A stretch of DNA of 64,000 nucleotides from Schizochytrium sp. TIO01. Lineage: Eukaryota; Protista; Bigyra: Labyrinthulomycetes. The DNA is taken from contig SMSO01000007.1 in assembly GCA_004764695.1 (NCBI GenBank), positions 2,053,270 to 2,117,269 of the forward strand, read 5' to 3'. Below the pieces are notes generated by a model. The model was not told the origin of the DNA. It made no database searches and was given only the letters and a program-made list of their open reading frames with translations. Every line of letters starts with the position of its first letter. The first letter of the stretch is position 1. Shown piece by piece: positions 26,001 to 39,500 of the stretch. A program made the position numbers and the translations under genes.

Positions 26001-29000
26001 GCTAATAGTCAACTAAAGATAGGCGATGATGAAGACGTCGGGCATCTTGTGTACGCTGTTCATCAGAGGCTTTTTATAAAATTAGGTTTTACTGTACTAA
26101 TTCATCTAACTGTTCTTCAACGCCCAGTTAAGGTGACCGGATGTAGAGGTGTTTGTCATGTTTTAAGTTGGTTTAACCTGGTTCAATAGACAATGGGAGA
26201 TATGCATAGAGAGCTCCTACGAGGTACCAGAAAAAGTTTGGAATCTTAGCTTACTAATTGCAGCCTGTAGAAGTAACTTAATTGTCGATGGGGCCACACC
26301 TCTGTTACACCTTCGAATGTGGTCCGTAATATATCGTGCCTGAACTAATTTATGAGGAGCCCCAATCGAGCTTGGTACGAATTTTGGCAATTGCAAAATC
26401 GCAGTTATGCTCAGTAGGTAGTCAATACCGCGTTAAGATGAACAGTTGGACCTCCAACACTATATAATGTCCTCGAGATACACCATCCCTACAAGGTTCA
26501 ACCCCAGACCAACACCCAGAAAGAAGTTCACGAAGTTGAGTTTGTACGCCACGAGCTGAGCCTTACCTGTTTGTTCGCCAAATCACTTGAGCTCGCAAGC
26601 AAAAGAGAGAATGCAATTGCTAGGGCCTAAAGAGTCCAATTACTGGTGTTCCTGCGAGAAGGAATTATTGACATCTGCAAAAGACAAGTAAAAGCTGTCG
26701 CTTTGCGGAAGGAATAGAATCCTTGTTAGTCAGCACTCGTCTTGAACAGGAGAAGCACGACTCAAATTGTTGCCCAAAAGGTATGTTTGCGTGTGTTCTA
26801 GTTGGATGATTATCTACTATTTTTTGAGGGACAGATAGTTAAACAGTACTAGGTCCAACTCATTCACTTTTACCAAATTTTATTTTTATTATAGTACTCA
26901 AAACTTTTTAATTTTAATTTTTATTTTAATACTGCCCCACTTCATTTTAAAATTTAGGTTTTCCCTCTCTGCCATAGATTAACTTTAAAATCTTTAAAAA
27001 TAATGAACTGATATATATATATAGGTATCCTTTGTCTCACGTTAAAACGTAGGTAAGACAGGATCGAGCCTCGGGTTTGATGATACAGGTCTAGCTAGAA
27101 TGAATGATGAACCTCACAGAATAGAATTGAATTGAAAAGCCCTATTATTATTGTTGTTGTTGTTGTCGATTTTTATTTATTATTACTCGCCTCCAAATGG
27201 TCTCTGCTTGGATTGGATTCTCCACCATGCGATTAGGTACCACTACTTTATCTTTTCATATAATATTTACTTCAATTTAAATATAAAGTGATTTTCATGG
27301 TTGCTTGAAGCCGTCAATTGCAAACAGCTGAACAAAGTACCGGCGTTCTGAGCATTTACTTGTATATCATCAACCGATACTACATATTCTTATAACTATG
27401 CCCAGTGATTATTACAACCCCGAAAGATACGATACTCGTAACAGTGGCAGGACATTCCTTCATATTTCACTTCTGGAATTGCTTTGCAATAACCCAATGA
27501 GTAAATGTTTTACCCAAGCCAAGAGATTTAAACTTTTTACGACTAACTTGTGAGAGTGGTAGCAAGCAATCACCTGCCTCACTAGCAGCTGTCTTTGGTC
27601 GATACCAATACTCTGGTTGAAACTGAATTTGGTCTTTGGAATAACTTAGGCTACCCTTTTTATTCTTTTAACCTCTTAAAAGACTAAAAATATTAAGTGT
27701 TTTATCGCCCATCCCGCAAAACCAGATCCACACTATCTTTTAAAACTGGTCTTTACAGAGCGCACGATAGGTTGATAGGGGAAGATGTGTCTAAGCGTGA
27801 CCAAGGACGCTCCTGAAGGTGAACTCAGACTAAGCGGAATAGAAAAAATGAAGCATCATGTGGCTTGTATAAATATGAATTGAAAGTTCATTGGTTTAAC
27901 TTCTTTATAGGTAGTATAGATACGTAGATAATAGCACTGCCATCTCTTTGAGATATCCTTTAACTTGAAATAGACTCATAGCAAGCTTCAGTTTCAGATG
28001 TAAGCAAAACTGCTATTAGTACCCCTATCTTTAAGTGAACGTATAATGAATGACCTGTGAAGTAAGATGGAATGCTACGTCCTCGATTGTATTAGCTATC
28101 CTGTTGCAACTTTAGGTGATACTTGCAATAAGATGAAGTCATCCATTTAATATTTGAACAGTTTGAGAAAACGGACCATCCTGTCTTTACTCAATCAATG
28201 AAATTTTGAGAAACTTTCAAGTAACTTGGCCAGAACGTTTGTAATCTAGATAGATATTGTGTTTATCAATGAAACTACTTTTGCCATTGGCGGGGATTAA
28301 GTCATTGTTCATGATTCTTTGATCGAAGCCTTTTCCTACGCTTCTAATTTCTAAATATATAAGCCACTGTTTGGCCTTGTGAAACCTTCTTTTTGCCCTT
28401 GCTTCGTATGCTAAATGTGAAGAAAGCCAAATTGACCTAAAATTGAAGCCTTGGGGAACTCGCAGATTGAGCTAAAAAGAAGCAACAACTCGAGCCAGGC
28501 GTTTTTAAAACTTTTTTTTTTCAACTGTAGTCATTCGATAATTATCACATTATTCTCTTCATTTATGTTTATTAGTTTGTTAGTTTAAATTAAAAGAAAT
28601 ATTTGTTTGTTTGATACCAGGTTCCTTGTTTTAGTAGTACTACTCATTTTTTAAATAGAGTTTCGACCTCGCTGTCGTCATCACAATAATGCATTGCGAT
28701 ATAGAGCGAAGTAGACGCCCTAACTTTAAAATATATTTCCGCGAGATTACCGCACGACCATCGCAAACACATTTCCTTCATCAAGTCAAGTGTTTGATAA
28801 GTTGTTGGTTTATTCTCAAAGAAACAAAGAAGAAGCGGATGATGTAACTTCGCCCTTTTCCTCTGAGAATGTTTGATAGAACATAATTGAACAATATTAA
28901 TTGTTACCTAGACTGTAGATACGCCAACTACCGAAGCCGTAAAAAAAGCATGATGACGCTGAGTACTGATCACACTGAAGGATAGTACGCTTGGTACTAT

Positions 29001-32000
29001 GGTAGCATCCTTCTTTGCCTTTCACATGCCGATGCAAACTCCAGGCTCGGCCAGGCTCCGCAGTCTGAATGCAGGAAACACCTGGAAACACACCACAACC
29101 TGCACGTTGGGTACCCGCTCCAAGTGTCACTGGAACTGGAAGTAACCTCTTTTATCTTTAAATTTTTATTTAGGGTTTTCAATGCCAGCTCTCTTTCCTT
29201 TTCTTATTCAAAACTGATATATAGGTCCATCCATACATACATACTGCTTCTATTTAAAGGGGTAAGTATGAACGTAGGAAACATTCAACCCTCGTAGACG
29301 AAAATATGTTTGTATTGTTTGGTTATCGTTCAACTTGTATTTTGTTTTATATTCTTTCTCACAAGGAAATGTTTAATTGGAAGAGTAAGTTCCTTTTTCT
29401 TTCTCATATTATATATACACATGCATAACTGGAACCTTTTTAAATCTAAATATGGAATCTTTTGTTTTTAGTGGAAACTTTAAAATTACGAGTTCAAGTT
29501 GGCCCTGGCTAACTAATGAACAGAGTAAGGCAGGCACTAGTCGAAATATTGTCAATTGATGGTTCCAGATGGATTAATTAATTCTTGGGCATGTTCTTAT
29601 TCTCAGTGATAGAGGCAGCACGCGAACGATTGTGGTAGTCCCTACTACCATTAGCTTATACTGTTGGCTCAAGGGACGGAATGATTATACAAATTCCATC
29701 TTTTTAAAACAAGTGCCGGAAGAGGCTAATGTATGAATATAAGATATGATGTTTGATCAGTTAAACCACCATACACAGCATGAAATCAATGTGATTAGAC
29801 AGCCCAGGTTTTCTTGCATTGAGGTTGAACAGTTCTAACGCAGCTCATCAGTTTAGCAACATATTTAAAGTATCAGGAATATCAACCGAATATTGTGCGC
29901 TTTTCTGACATAATAAATTAGCTTCATGGACCTAAGAAAAGAGACAGAATCTGCTCTTACATTTGAAGTCTATAGAATGTATTGAGACTGGTTATATAAC
30001 TAGAAGTGGTAGCGCTTCCTATCTTCAAAGCCTGTTGACTGTCTGGAGACATACTTATGTTGGACACGATTTTCAATTTACTTGTAGAGCGCTTCTTTAA
30101 CTATTGGAGTGGCAGATGTCACTTGAGAAAATGACCTTCAATAAGTATCAGAAATCTTTTCTATGGTAGACGAACCTAGACACTTCCCTCACTTTTGCCT
30201 GCGAGTTTGTTCATCTCACCAGCGGTCCAAAGGACAAAAACGACTGAAATATATATTTACTTGAACGAACAATGAACCATGAAGGTGCCCACAGAACCTT
30301 AAGAGTTTTACCCGCACGCAAAACTTTTGCAAGCGGAATAAAACAACATGCTGTTAGGTGCCTAAACTTTGTAAAGTAGCCAACGGGTTCGTTGAGCTTC
30401 CTTTCAATCTTAAATGAAGTAGGGTGGGTCTCTTTCTCTTCGGCCTTATTAATCATCTAGCTCCGAAGCAGATCAAGAACCCTAATCCTTATCTTCCCAT
30501 CTGAAGAAACCTGCCTTTTTTACCTTTTTTCTCATCATCTACCTTCGAAAGAGATCAATAACCTTTTTCTTTCTCTCTGAAGCGACTGTCTAGTGTGACT
30601 GCTGTTTGATGAAAATAGTTGTTTGGAAAGCTCTTCAAACGTGAAGCCAGGCTAATAAGCTTGAGCATCTGCGGAAAGTAATGGATGTGTGGCTCTCGCT
30701 TTTGAAGTTGAGCAGCGTGCGCCGCTTTTCATGCTCTTCTTAATGTTAGTTTCCTGTGTGTAAGACTATACTAGCTCTAGTGCATAATTATTGCTACTAA
30801 AGCATCTAACTGCCTTTTCCTGCTTTAAAGTAGTATCGATTTTATCTTCGTCAACCCGGTCTTCCGGGCGCACTTGATGTTCAAGTCTCTGTGAGTTCAA
30901 ATGATATCAATACACTGCTTCACCCAACTGATTGATTATCTATATCTTTCTAATGTATGTTATACATAACCCCCTGGGTAGAGTAATCACCAGTAATCAC
31001 CTGGATTAAGAAATACAATGCCCTTAAACTTTAGATATCTGTCGTTCACTTTCTTCCGCGTCTTCCAAAGAAGTAGAAATCTGCTAACCTGATTTGATCA
31101 GTAATGAGATTGATGTTTCGCGGATGCTAACTACTGCTTTTGTGATTCGTGTTACTAAGATTTCGCCGATTCCAGCTAAAAGTTCATTTTGGCGATGAAG
31201 AAGGTCTACTTTTTTATTGACTGAGCGCACTTCTCCTGCTTTCGCAGGGTTCATTCCTTATTTTATCTATGGCCGCCTGCCAATTTGTTGCTTGAAGATA
31301 GCGGCTGTCACCTGCCTTCGCATGCTCTCATTGCGGGATTTTATGCAAATTAGGAAACAAGGCGGCGTCCCAATATACCATGCGGAATGATAAATATCTC
31401 CATCACTAACTATTAAACTAGGTATTTTATGTCAACAAATCTCTCTTTTGTCCCAGAGGCGTTGCAATATTCGAGTCAAGTGCTACTGTTAACGTTAAGA
31501 GGCTCAGTATGAAAGATTCTTGGATTTTTCGTAATAATAAGTCAGTCAAGCAACACCTTGATGCTATATGGCTCGACTTCCGGGAGCGTTTCTTGGTTAG
31601 AAACAGCTTAAAATAACTTTTCAATAACGGTGAGCACAGTAATAGTATTTCAAGACCTTGTAGCATGGACTTGTAGTATGGGTGATATGCTTAAGGGAAA
31701 TCATTGATATGAGCAAAGATAGGCACTATTGTTTGGCTTTTGATAGAATACAAGTAAACACCGTGACTAGGTCAAAAAGGTACTGTCCAACATTATTTTT
31801 CCTTATGAGACATTGTGCGTGAAGTTTTGTGCTCTCCTGTGCCCATTATTGAGAGCCGTAACAAGTTGTCGATTGTGATAAATATAGCAAAGTTTTCATC
31901 ATCGTTTGACAATTGGTAATTCCCATTCTCAGAGTTTCGACGGCCCTTTTGTTGAATTTGAGTTTTTCTCTTTTTCTTTTAAACCCTAACAAAAAATAAA

Positions 32001-33533
32001 ATATATGAAACGTAAGGATTCGACATATAATACACGAACCCATAAACCATAAATTATGAAAATTGTACAGTTCTATTTCCTTTATGTTTTTACTTCTTCT
32101 AAAAACATTCTTTTTCTTTCTTTCTTTCTTACAAAAACCCGCTGGTACCTACTTTGACTTTAAAATTAAAAACAAATTTTGCATTTCACAACCTTAACCC
32201 TTATTTCCAAAATCACCCTTAATACAATTTAGTAGATAATTTTAAGTATTTTCAATATTGAAGCGCATTTTATTCAAGAATTGTTCTTAACTTTTTTTAA
32301 AGTGAGGTTTTTCCTTCCTGTCAGCTCGTCTTGAAAAGGTTTTTCCTTTAAATAATATTACTTTAATAAATATTCTATATATGGTGTTGAACCTCTGCGC
32401 TTTCTTTTCTTAAAACAATCTCCACATGAAATTAGAAGACGACAGTAATAAAGAATGGACAGCGACAATTAAAAGAGAACCGAGGAAACTCTTTGACAAC
32501 GTGATTATTAAGCCTTTCATCACTCCATGCCCGTATTCCGCATATGTGAAAAATAAATAAAAAATAGAAATGGTGATTGTGATACTACTTAATTCTTCTC
32601 TTTCTATTTCGTAACGGTTTCCTTTTTCTGAATGTCTTTAATAGTATTTTTAATTTGGAGCCTTTTTATTTTATTTTTTTGTGTTATCACTTGTAATTTC
32701 TGCAATTTTGTGTATTCGTGAGAAAAGGCTTGTTTATCGTATCATGTTCAGGCCTACTGGACGATACTACCGAATGATCATGCGCCCATGTTAAATTGCA
32801 GTTTGATTGTCTGCATCAGTATAAAAACAGACAATTGATTACAGTGGCAGAAGTACCCCTAAAAAAATCCAGCCTTGTTATAATTATATTATACTATATA
32901 GGAGCAAAAGGGGTTTCGCACTTACCTGAACACGTTTTAGGACAGTTCAATCTTCAACTCCAGTGTCTCCTTATCCTACAGCATTAGCACAATAGATAAA
33001 TTGTTTGTCTAGTCTTATCAAATACGTAACCCTCATAGATGTAAGATAGTTCGCGCATAATATTTGTCTGCCTAAAAAGTTTGGAGAACAAACAGAAGGT
33101 AGTACCGACCATGCAGGCTACATGATGCACCATATGTTGTCTCCCTCGCCAAGGAAAACGAGCAGTTGGTGACAGGTGAGTCTTGTGCTTTTAGGTTTAT
33201 GCGCTAGTTTGGATTCAATGATGGCGTTGGTCTTATATTCTCCTCTTTCTGTCTTTCTTTTTAACGAAATGCATATCACACTGATCTTTAGCAGCACCAG
33301 GAACACATCAGAATTGCAGGCAGAGTTCTAACAGACTCAATATCTGCTTTGGCTTCGGGCAGCTATTTTGCTGTGGCCTTCACAGCAACAATCAAAATTA
33401 AATAAATATGTACTCCAACAACAAGAAACGGTATATGTTGTCTTGCAAGTCAATGATGTTACAATTTTTATAGCAAGTTAGCGTGAGGCGATCACCAAGA
33501 AACTGTTATACTTCAAGAAATTTAAAAAAAAAA

Positions 33534-33567
<34 letters not shown>

Positions 33568-36500
33568 GAGATTTCTAGTAGCTGTTGTACTATCAGAAAA
33601 CTTTCGTGTCCTTATGCAGAGGAACAATCAATACAGTAATACAGTTGATATTGAATCTTTCTTATTCTTTAGGGGTGAGACGAAGACTCGTAGTCCTCAA
33701 TTTTATCAGTGAGAGGCACTGCGTTCAACCCTCTTTTAAAGTTGACAGGACTACTATTATATTAATCGGACCAAATTTCTCTCTTTCCTTTTTCTAATTC
33801 TTCAATTGATTTTCCATCCAAAAAGTAAATAAACTGATAGTACTTTGCAGTATTACTTCAAGCCAAGCATCTATGAAAAACTATATGGACCAGGATGGAA
33901 TACCCATTTCGAGGCGATCGTTTAGCATGTTCCGTAGCTGAAGGGTTGGATCGCACCACCTCTTGTGGAGGCAAATTATGCGTCTAAGACATGTTGTGGA
34001 TCAGTAAACTAACAACATCTATTCGTTCCCGCAGTGAAGAAGCCGATAGCGCCCAAGCAGTTCTATAAAACCCATAAAACAGTTCAAATCTCTCAGTGAA
34101 CTGCCTTTCCCTCTTTTTCCTTTCTTTCACTTCTACCTAAGTAGATAGCTGGTTAGTTAGGCATAGTGACAAGTAGTGCGGATCAACGGTTACAGTGTAT
34201 CACATCATCAATCAAGCCGTTTCAGGACGTTCATACAAGAACAGCAATAAGACAGCTATTCAAGTAGCAGAATGACGCGACATGACGCGTGATGTCAAGC
34301 TACGATAGAGGTCTCACTAGTCAGAAACTATCTCGAAAAGTTGGCAAGAAGCTTGCATTATTTCTTTTTTATTTAGCAGGTAGGTCAGTACTCATATTTT
34401 CAAACAAGCATGCCTAAGTTCGTATTCTGCTATTATATTGTTTACATTTTAAAAGTAGAATCTATAAGCCGTGTTTAGAGATGTCCGGAGCGAAACTGTA
34501 GAATGATGCAGGCGTACTTTCTCTCCAAGAAGACAATTATGTTCAACTGCTGCAACCAAATACGAAATACCCAGAATTGGAAATAGGAAATATCGAGATT
34601 CAACTTCAATTTGACCTAGGATCCTAAAGGATTTAGTATGCCTAAGAGGAAAACAAGATCTCAAAACTCAAAATGCTTTTATTTGTTCCAGTCTCAGACT
34701 TTAGCAAACGCTCAATTAGGGGTATGTTGAGCGACCATTGACCACCCAAAGTTTACTCTTGCTTGGAAACTGGGTATGGTGAGTGGCCACTGACGACCTA
34801 GAATTTAATCTTGTTTGGAAACTGTATAAAAACATTATTTCATTTGGACAACGGTTACAGTGTTGCTAACAGCAGAGATCTTCAGTTAGACCAACTCATA
34901 GTTTTTCTTGTTTAGGGCCTAGAGCTATAAATGATTACATTATTTTATTCCGCAACTTTTCCAACTTTTCAGCCCATGATGATTGTAACTTACTGCATTT
35001 GATACAGAGGTATCGAGTGCTGGTGGCTTCGTATGCATGCTAAACAAATACTCCAAGTTGGGTCCCTTGTTACTTCTTTCTTTCGAACTTAATATTTTTT
35101 TTCTATAAAAATTCTATACATTAATTAGCGGCTCCTACACTAGGTAATCTACCACAATTTGCTCTTTGGCTATAAACTCTCAAGAACACGCTGTACGGTT
35201 GTAAACCTACAAATGTTATGTGAACAATTGAATAAACAAACATTAAGTAGCATGACTACTCTGCTTTGAATAATTTTAATTACGTTGTACTTTTAACTTC
35301 TTTATACAGACAGACTCTGTATAGCGTTTAGTATTCGCCAAGTCAGTACTAGTGGTAAAGTCTTCTGCTCCAAATACTTATTTTTGTGTTATCACCGATA
35401 GATATATTAGAGATGTTTACTGACACATGAAGAAACGCTTCCAGACTGAGAATTTAAATGCTCAGTAGAAAACTCAAAGAAATAATACCCTCTCTTGTTT
35501 TTATTTTATTTTATTTTATTTTCAAAGGTACTATGAGCCCGTTGTATTTGTTTAAAATTAACATATCGCTCGTTGCTGTGGGAGAAACTTACTTGATTTG
35601 GCCAGGTCAGGTATTTTGAGGAAGCAGCTTGAGGAAAAACAATGATTTTTTTTCTTTCTTTTATGTTTTTATAAACCTTCATTGTTGGAAATAAAAAGGC
35701 TTTATTTGATGAAATGAAAATATATATAAATAAGTACAACCACTCGAACTAATCTTCAGACAGCCTTCGGAGCAAAAACAGATTGTTCAATGCCTCTTAA
35801 TCGGTATCTATAGGAGATCATTACTATTCAAATTTTCAACTTTGTTCGGTCATATGGTATTTCTTTACCAGAGAATAGCTTATAAGTGCTACCATCGCGA
35901 GGAGCAAGACTCTTGATACGACGTTCACAAACAGACTTTTAGTCAGGAGAACTTCACATATAATTTGTTACGAACAACACAGCTTAAACCCCGGTGAATG
36001 GGTAAGAAAGGATTCATGCAAAAAAGAAGGCCTCATCGAATACTGTGCAGGATCGTCATTCTTACAAGGCTATTTCTTAATTTCACATGAGTGGAACAAG
36101 AATAAGTTATTGGGGCCGGCCTGGACTTTGGGGGAAGCAAGTGTTAAACATGCTATTAATTTCTTGCTTTAAAGTGTCGGCAGACAATTCTACTCCAAAT
36201 GCACAAGGACTAAATACTGTTCCATTTGTTTATTAACTTATTAATTCCAAACCTGATGTTAAATTGATTGAAAGTTGGCCTTTCATGTAAATGCTCCCAG
36301 CGTCTTAAATCGCCATGTACACAAGCCTACAACGTAACTAATTCAATAATTACGTGAGAATAATACTCTTTGAAAGACTTGAACCTTGAAACTTCAGTGC
36401 CATAGAATTTAGAACTTGTATTTGGTTTTCACAAAAGCGAAACTGTAGTCCCCTGCCTCCATGTAAGATATTATTTCTAAGGTAGTGCTGGTTGATAAAT

Positions 36501-39500
36501 AAAAAGTGAGTGGGATTGTTTAGAGAACAGAAGCAGCTTTTTATTACGAGTATTGAAATAAGTTCATCAATTAATCTATTTCTTCGGGAACAATAGAAAT
36601 CACAAGATTGTAATACAGATTTTCAATATGTATCTGTGGCTGGCTGCCGCATCATTTTTTGCAGATCATAACGATTTTGACTCTTCAATTTTAAAGAGAT
36701 CTCTTTAACTCATACCTTTTCCTAAATAGGTTGAATACTCGATATTTCGCGGACGAAGCCAATCTTCCGAGACACCAGCCGCCTTTTTCGTCTTGCAGTA
36801 AACAGTGGCCTGTGCCGGAGTCTTCTTCTCTCAGAAACAGTGTTTTGGGGAGGCTCTATCAAACCACGACACAAAGGTTAAGAGAAGAAAGAGCTATCTT
36901 CGTTACATAACAATTTCTCACTTGCAAGGAATGAAAGTCAATACTTCTTAGTAATCCACTTTTTTTTAATTAGGCTAGAAAGCTACCTCTAAAGTTAAAA
37001 TACGAGTGCACACAGTATCAACCCTAGCTTCCGAAGAGCCACTCTTTATAAATTGCATACTGGTCATTGTTAGAGTTCTGCCTGCCGACCATTCCCGAAT
37101 ATTTGCAATGATCGCTTAATCAATTTCTTTTTTTATAGTCAATAATTATGTACATACAACTGTGTAGATTTCAATTTCAAATCTGGTTCATCAACTGACC
37201 GGATTTATTCTACTTGCGCGTCTCGATAATGCGACCTCTAACTGTCGTGGTGAACAACTTCAGTCTAATGACCATATGTAAATGCTAGAAAGGCAATAAT
37301 TAGATTTATGGCTTGTGCAATTATTTTTACTTTTACTTTCTGGTTATGTACTTAGCTATCATAAGTTTTGTCAATTACTTATCGACACTAGTTGTCACAA
37401 ACTCCTATTGCCTGCAACTCAGTACAAAAATAAAAGCATCACTGGAGTTGGCAAATAGATATTGGTTGAACGCCAGTTAAACTCTACCGCTTTCCTAGCA
37501 ACGTGAGCTTAACAAACTCTTTAGAATAGTTAAATAGGCTTGATTCTTGTATAATTAAATCATTACAGTCACTTCAACATTGAAAGCACACACTCGTTGC
37601 TGTGCCGTGACGGAGAAAATCTCCACAAATTAGTAGATTGTCGATTCGGTTCATGATAAATGTCTCTAGTTCATCTTCTTTCACCGCGTTTGTCTTGTCT
37701 CCCGAGTCCGAAATGTGCTACTTCAGGATGTTCCATCGGGCACGGAGCTCGCATGAGCCCCCATTTTACTACTAGCTAGACTGCTAACCTACCAAACCCT
37801 AGATACTATTTGAGCTGCTCGTCATAACTTATTCCGTCATGGAACTTCATTTCGATCAGCTTCAGACCAATCTAGGTGTAAATATGTAGGAACAACCTAA
37901 TACTACGGTTGATCGGTTCTGAGATCTGTTTATAGCATCAGGCGTTTACTTATGGTGGGGCTTTTTCATGTCATGAGATGGGACTTATAAACTTTAGGCA
38001 TCAAATGAAAAATATAGAAAGGACACGAGAAAAGTAGAAAAGGCAGGCTGTTCTATCGTTTGGGGCTAGTTTAAAGTAAACTTCACAACGTTTCCACTCT
38101 GTTATATTGAATCTCTAGAAGAAGCAAAACTCGCTTAATGCTGTCAGACGGCCTAGCAGCTCTTTGAAGACTTCCCCTCCTCCTTTACCTCCGTGCCCCC
38201 GGCCACGGGAAACGTGCTCCAGTCTTTGGAATAGATAAGAAGAGAAGAAACAATGTAAATTTGTTAGATATGAATGAGCTATGAGCTTTCCCTCCATGTT
38301 TGCGTGTCTGAAGCAGCTGCAGATAACACCTGCCTGTATGTGTAAACGTGTATTCCCAGACGACGCATATCTCAAAGCCAAGTCCAATGGGTGGCCAACT
38401 CCTGTGGATTGGAAGTGCGGTTCCTGTTGGAGTTATTCTATCTAATATCATGTAAAGACTTTTGCTATTCATTTTATCCAACCTTGCATCCTATCTTATA
38501 ATTTTGGAAAAGGGAATGGAATCATAAAATGCTTAAATAAGGAGAAACGTCCCCTTGGGAAAATAGCAGTCTAGAGTCTAGGTACTACCTACTTTTACAA
38601 ATGGAGATACTAAGTTTCAGCGAAGGCACTGCCAAAGGCCGTAATTGACAGTGAAGTATTTAGGTATAAGGTATCCCTATTTATACCCGTAATTGGAGTT
38701 CCATAAGCAAAAAAACGCCATGCTTTCGTTTCAACCATTAAAAACCTGGCGCATCTAACAAATGTCTGCACCCTCCTTTGGGCCGACCTTCCAGGCAGGA
38801 AGAAGGGCTCATTAAATATACTAGTGGTGAATACCCACAGAACCTTTTAGGTCAGTACAAACATCACGGTGTGATCTTTAACTAAATAAAAAGAGAGGAA
38901 CACAGTCACCTTCGTTGAAGCTTCCCTTCCTTCTATATAAAATACAGCTGGCACACAGACTGAGTGACACAGTTAGCACTATTTAGTTTCACTTAAGCAA
39001 AACTAGTCAATTGAACCACTCCTCAGCAAAATTTCGAACTTGATTGGATATCGACCCGCATGCAGAAAGGTTTAGATTATAGGCTGCAACGGAGTTAAGT
39101 ACCATTGCTAGTGATCTACTGATTAAAGGATAAAGCAGAGAGAACAACGCACCATGTATCAACTGAGCATCTTTTGTCGAATCTAGTACAACTTTAACCA
39201 AGAATTCGCAATCCTCTTACATAGTTTCCAAAGATATGTTCATAGATTTTAGTAGAAAAGATAGAATACCTTCATTGTAGCACTTAATAGAAAGAAACAA
39301 CCTTAGATCCCGAAAATGAATATGGTTTTATGAACTATGGAAGCTTTCTTTCTATTATTTAGCAATAAAGTAGCAATGAATAGCATTTCATACGACCATG
39401 CCTGAAAGTTTGACTAAATATGGAGACGACATCGCCTTATTTTTTTTAGATCTGTTTCAACAAACTAGTCCTCGCTATCATTGGCTGTAACTTAATTCGA

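Noticed and set aside
28950-29070. C/D-box snoRNA-like ATGATGA...CTGA
   Set aside because: The terminal stem overlaps box C and the best rRNA complement I could see is only 8 nt.
34064-34097. TATAAAA with TCAGT initiator 31 bp downstream
   Set aside because: No downstream gene; expected by chance in a long AT-rich tract.
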